A model generated the notes under the pieces. That model was not told the DNA's origin. It saw only the letters and a list, made by a program, of their open reading frames with translations, and searched no databases. Made by a program: the position numbers and the translations under genes. 4,898 nucleotides of DNA from a virus. Lineage: Duplodnaviria > Heunggongvirae > Uroviricota > Caudoviricetes. This document shows, in pieces, positions 4,704 to 4,898 of this stretch (its first letter is position 1; each line of letters starts with the position of its first letter). The stretch lies in IMG/VR virus record IMGVR_UViG_2778261453_000012. One strand, 5' to 3'.

Positions 4704-4898
4704 TCACCCCCTGAATCCCGGCGGAATTTCGGTATCCGGTTCAGAAATATGATTCACACAACGCTGGTTGTTCGTGCCGCTTACCGGGAGCAACCAGGGG
4801 TTTTCAAAATTCCGGTCCGGCCCAAAAAACGTCGTCGCTCGCTGAACAAATTCCGTTCCCGTTTTCCCGGTAGCCGCCAGGTATCTTGCGTAACGCCT
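4704..4898 (-). CDS. 3' end (C-terminal 64 aa) of an upstream replication-module gene, partial at the window edge
   Basis: Hand translation of the minus frame from 4898: RRYARYLAATGKTGTEFVQRATTFFGPDRNFENPWLLPVSGTNNQRCVNHISEPDTEIPPGFRG*, stop TGA at 4704-4706, 6 nt before the DnaC-like ATG. Function inferred only from position. Confidence 0.45.
   Translation of the reverse strand, partial: RRYARYLAATGKTGTEFVQRATTFFGPDRNFENPWLLPVSGTNNQRCVNHISEPDTEIPPGFRG

Larger units (their letters stand above)
1..4898. mobile_element. Segment of a lambdoid prophage (replication module through nin-like/moron region towards the late-gene antiterminator side); all genes co-oriented on the minus strand
   Basis: Gene content and order: DnaC-like replication protein, small HTH proteins, DUF551 protein, hok toxin, BOF-family moron, overlapping start/stop codons; three Chi octamers suggest an E. 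coli-like host. Synteny judged from memory of the Qin/Rac prophages. Confidence 0.7.

Noticed and set aside
1-4898. tRNA, rRNA, CRISPR arrays, IS elements or attachment-site repeats
   Set aside because: No cloverleaf-like conserved tRNA motifs, no regularly spaced direct repeats with spacers, and no terminal inverted repeats flanking a transposase-like ORF were seen.

Overview
Every gene I can support lies on the minus strand, and the window reads as one contiguous piece of a lambdoid (Qin/Rac-like) enterobacterial prophage. All identifications come from reading the sequence and from memory of protein families and of the plasmid R1 hok/sok system; no database search or folding program was run. 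Reading right to left in the direction of transcription: the 3' end of a replication-module gene; a DnaC-family helicase-loader ORF that stops just after Walker A (truncated); a tightly overlapping cassette of four small genes of unknown function; a ~350 bp AT-rich islet encoding a 72-aa membrane protein whose Shine-Dalgarno is separated from the start codon by a GNRA hairpin; a DUF551-type protein with an internal 11-codon tandem repeat; a complete-looking hok/mok/sok-type type I toxin-antitoxin locus; a YgiW/YdeI (BOF) periplasmic protein moron with its own intrinsic terminator; and a gene split across two reading frames that runs off the left edge and carries a Cys/His cluster. The two best candidates for something undescribed are the four-gene cassette at 2762-4266 and the small membrane gene with its structured leader at 2416-2761; the hok locus is a known system type but is unusually complete here. 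The ORF track omits two edge-truncated minus-strand ORFs (1..584 and 4704..4898), which I translated by hand. No rRNA, tRNA or CRISPR array is present.
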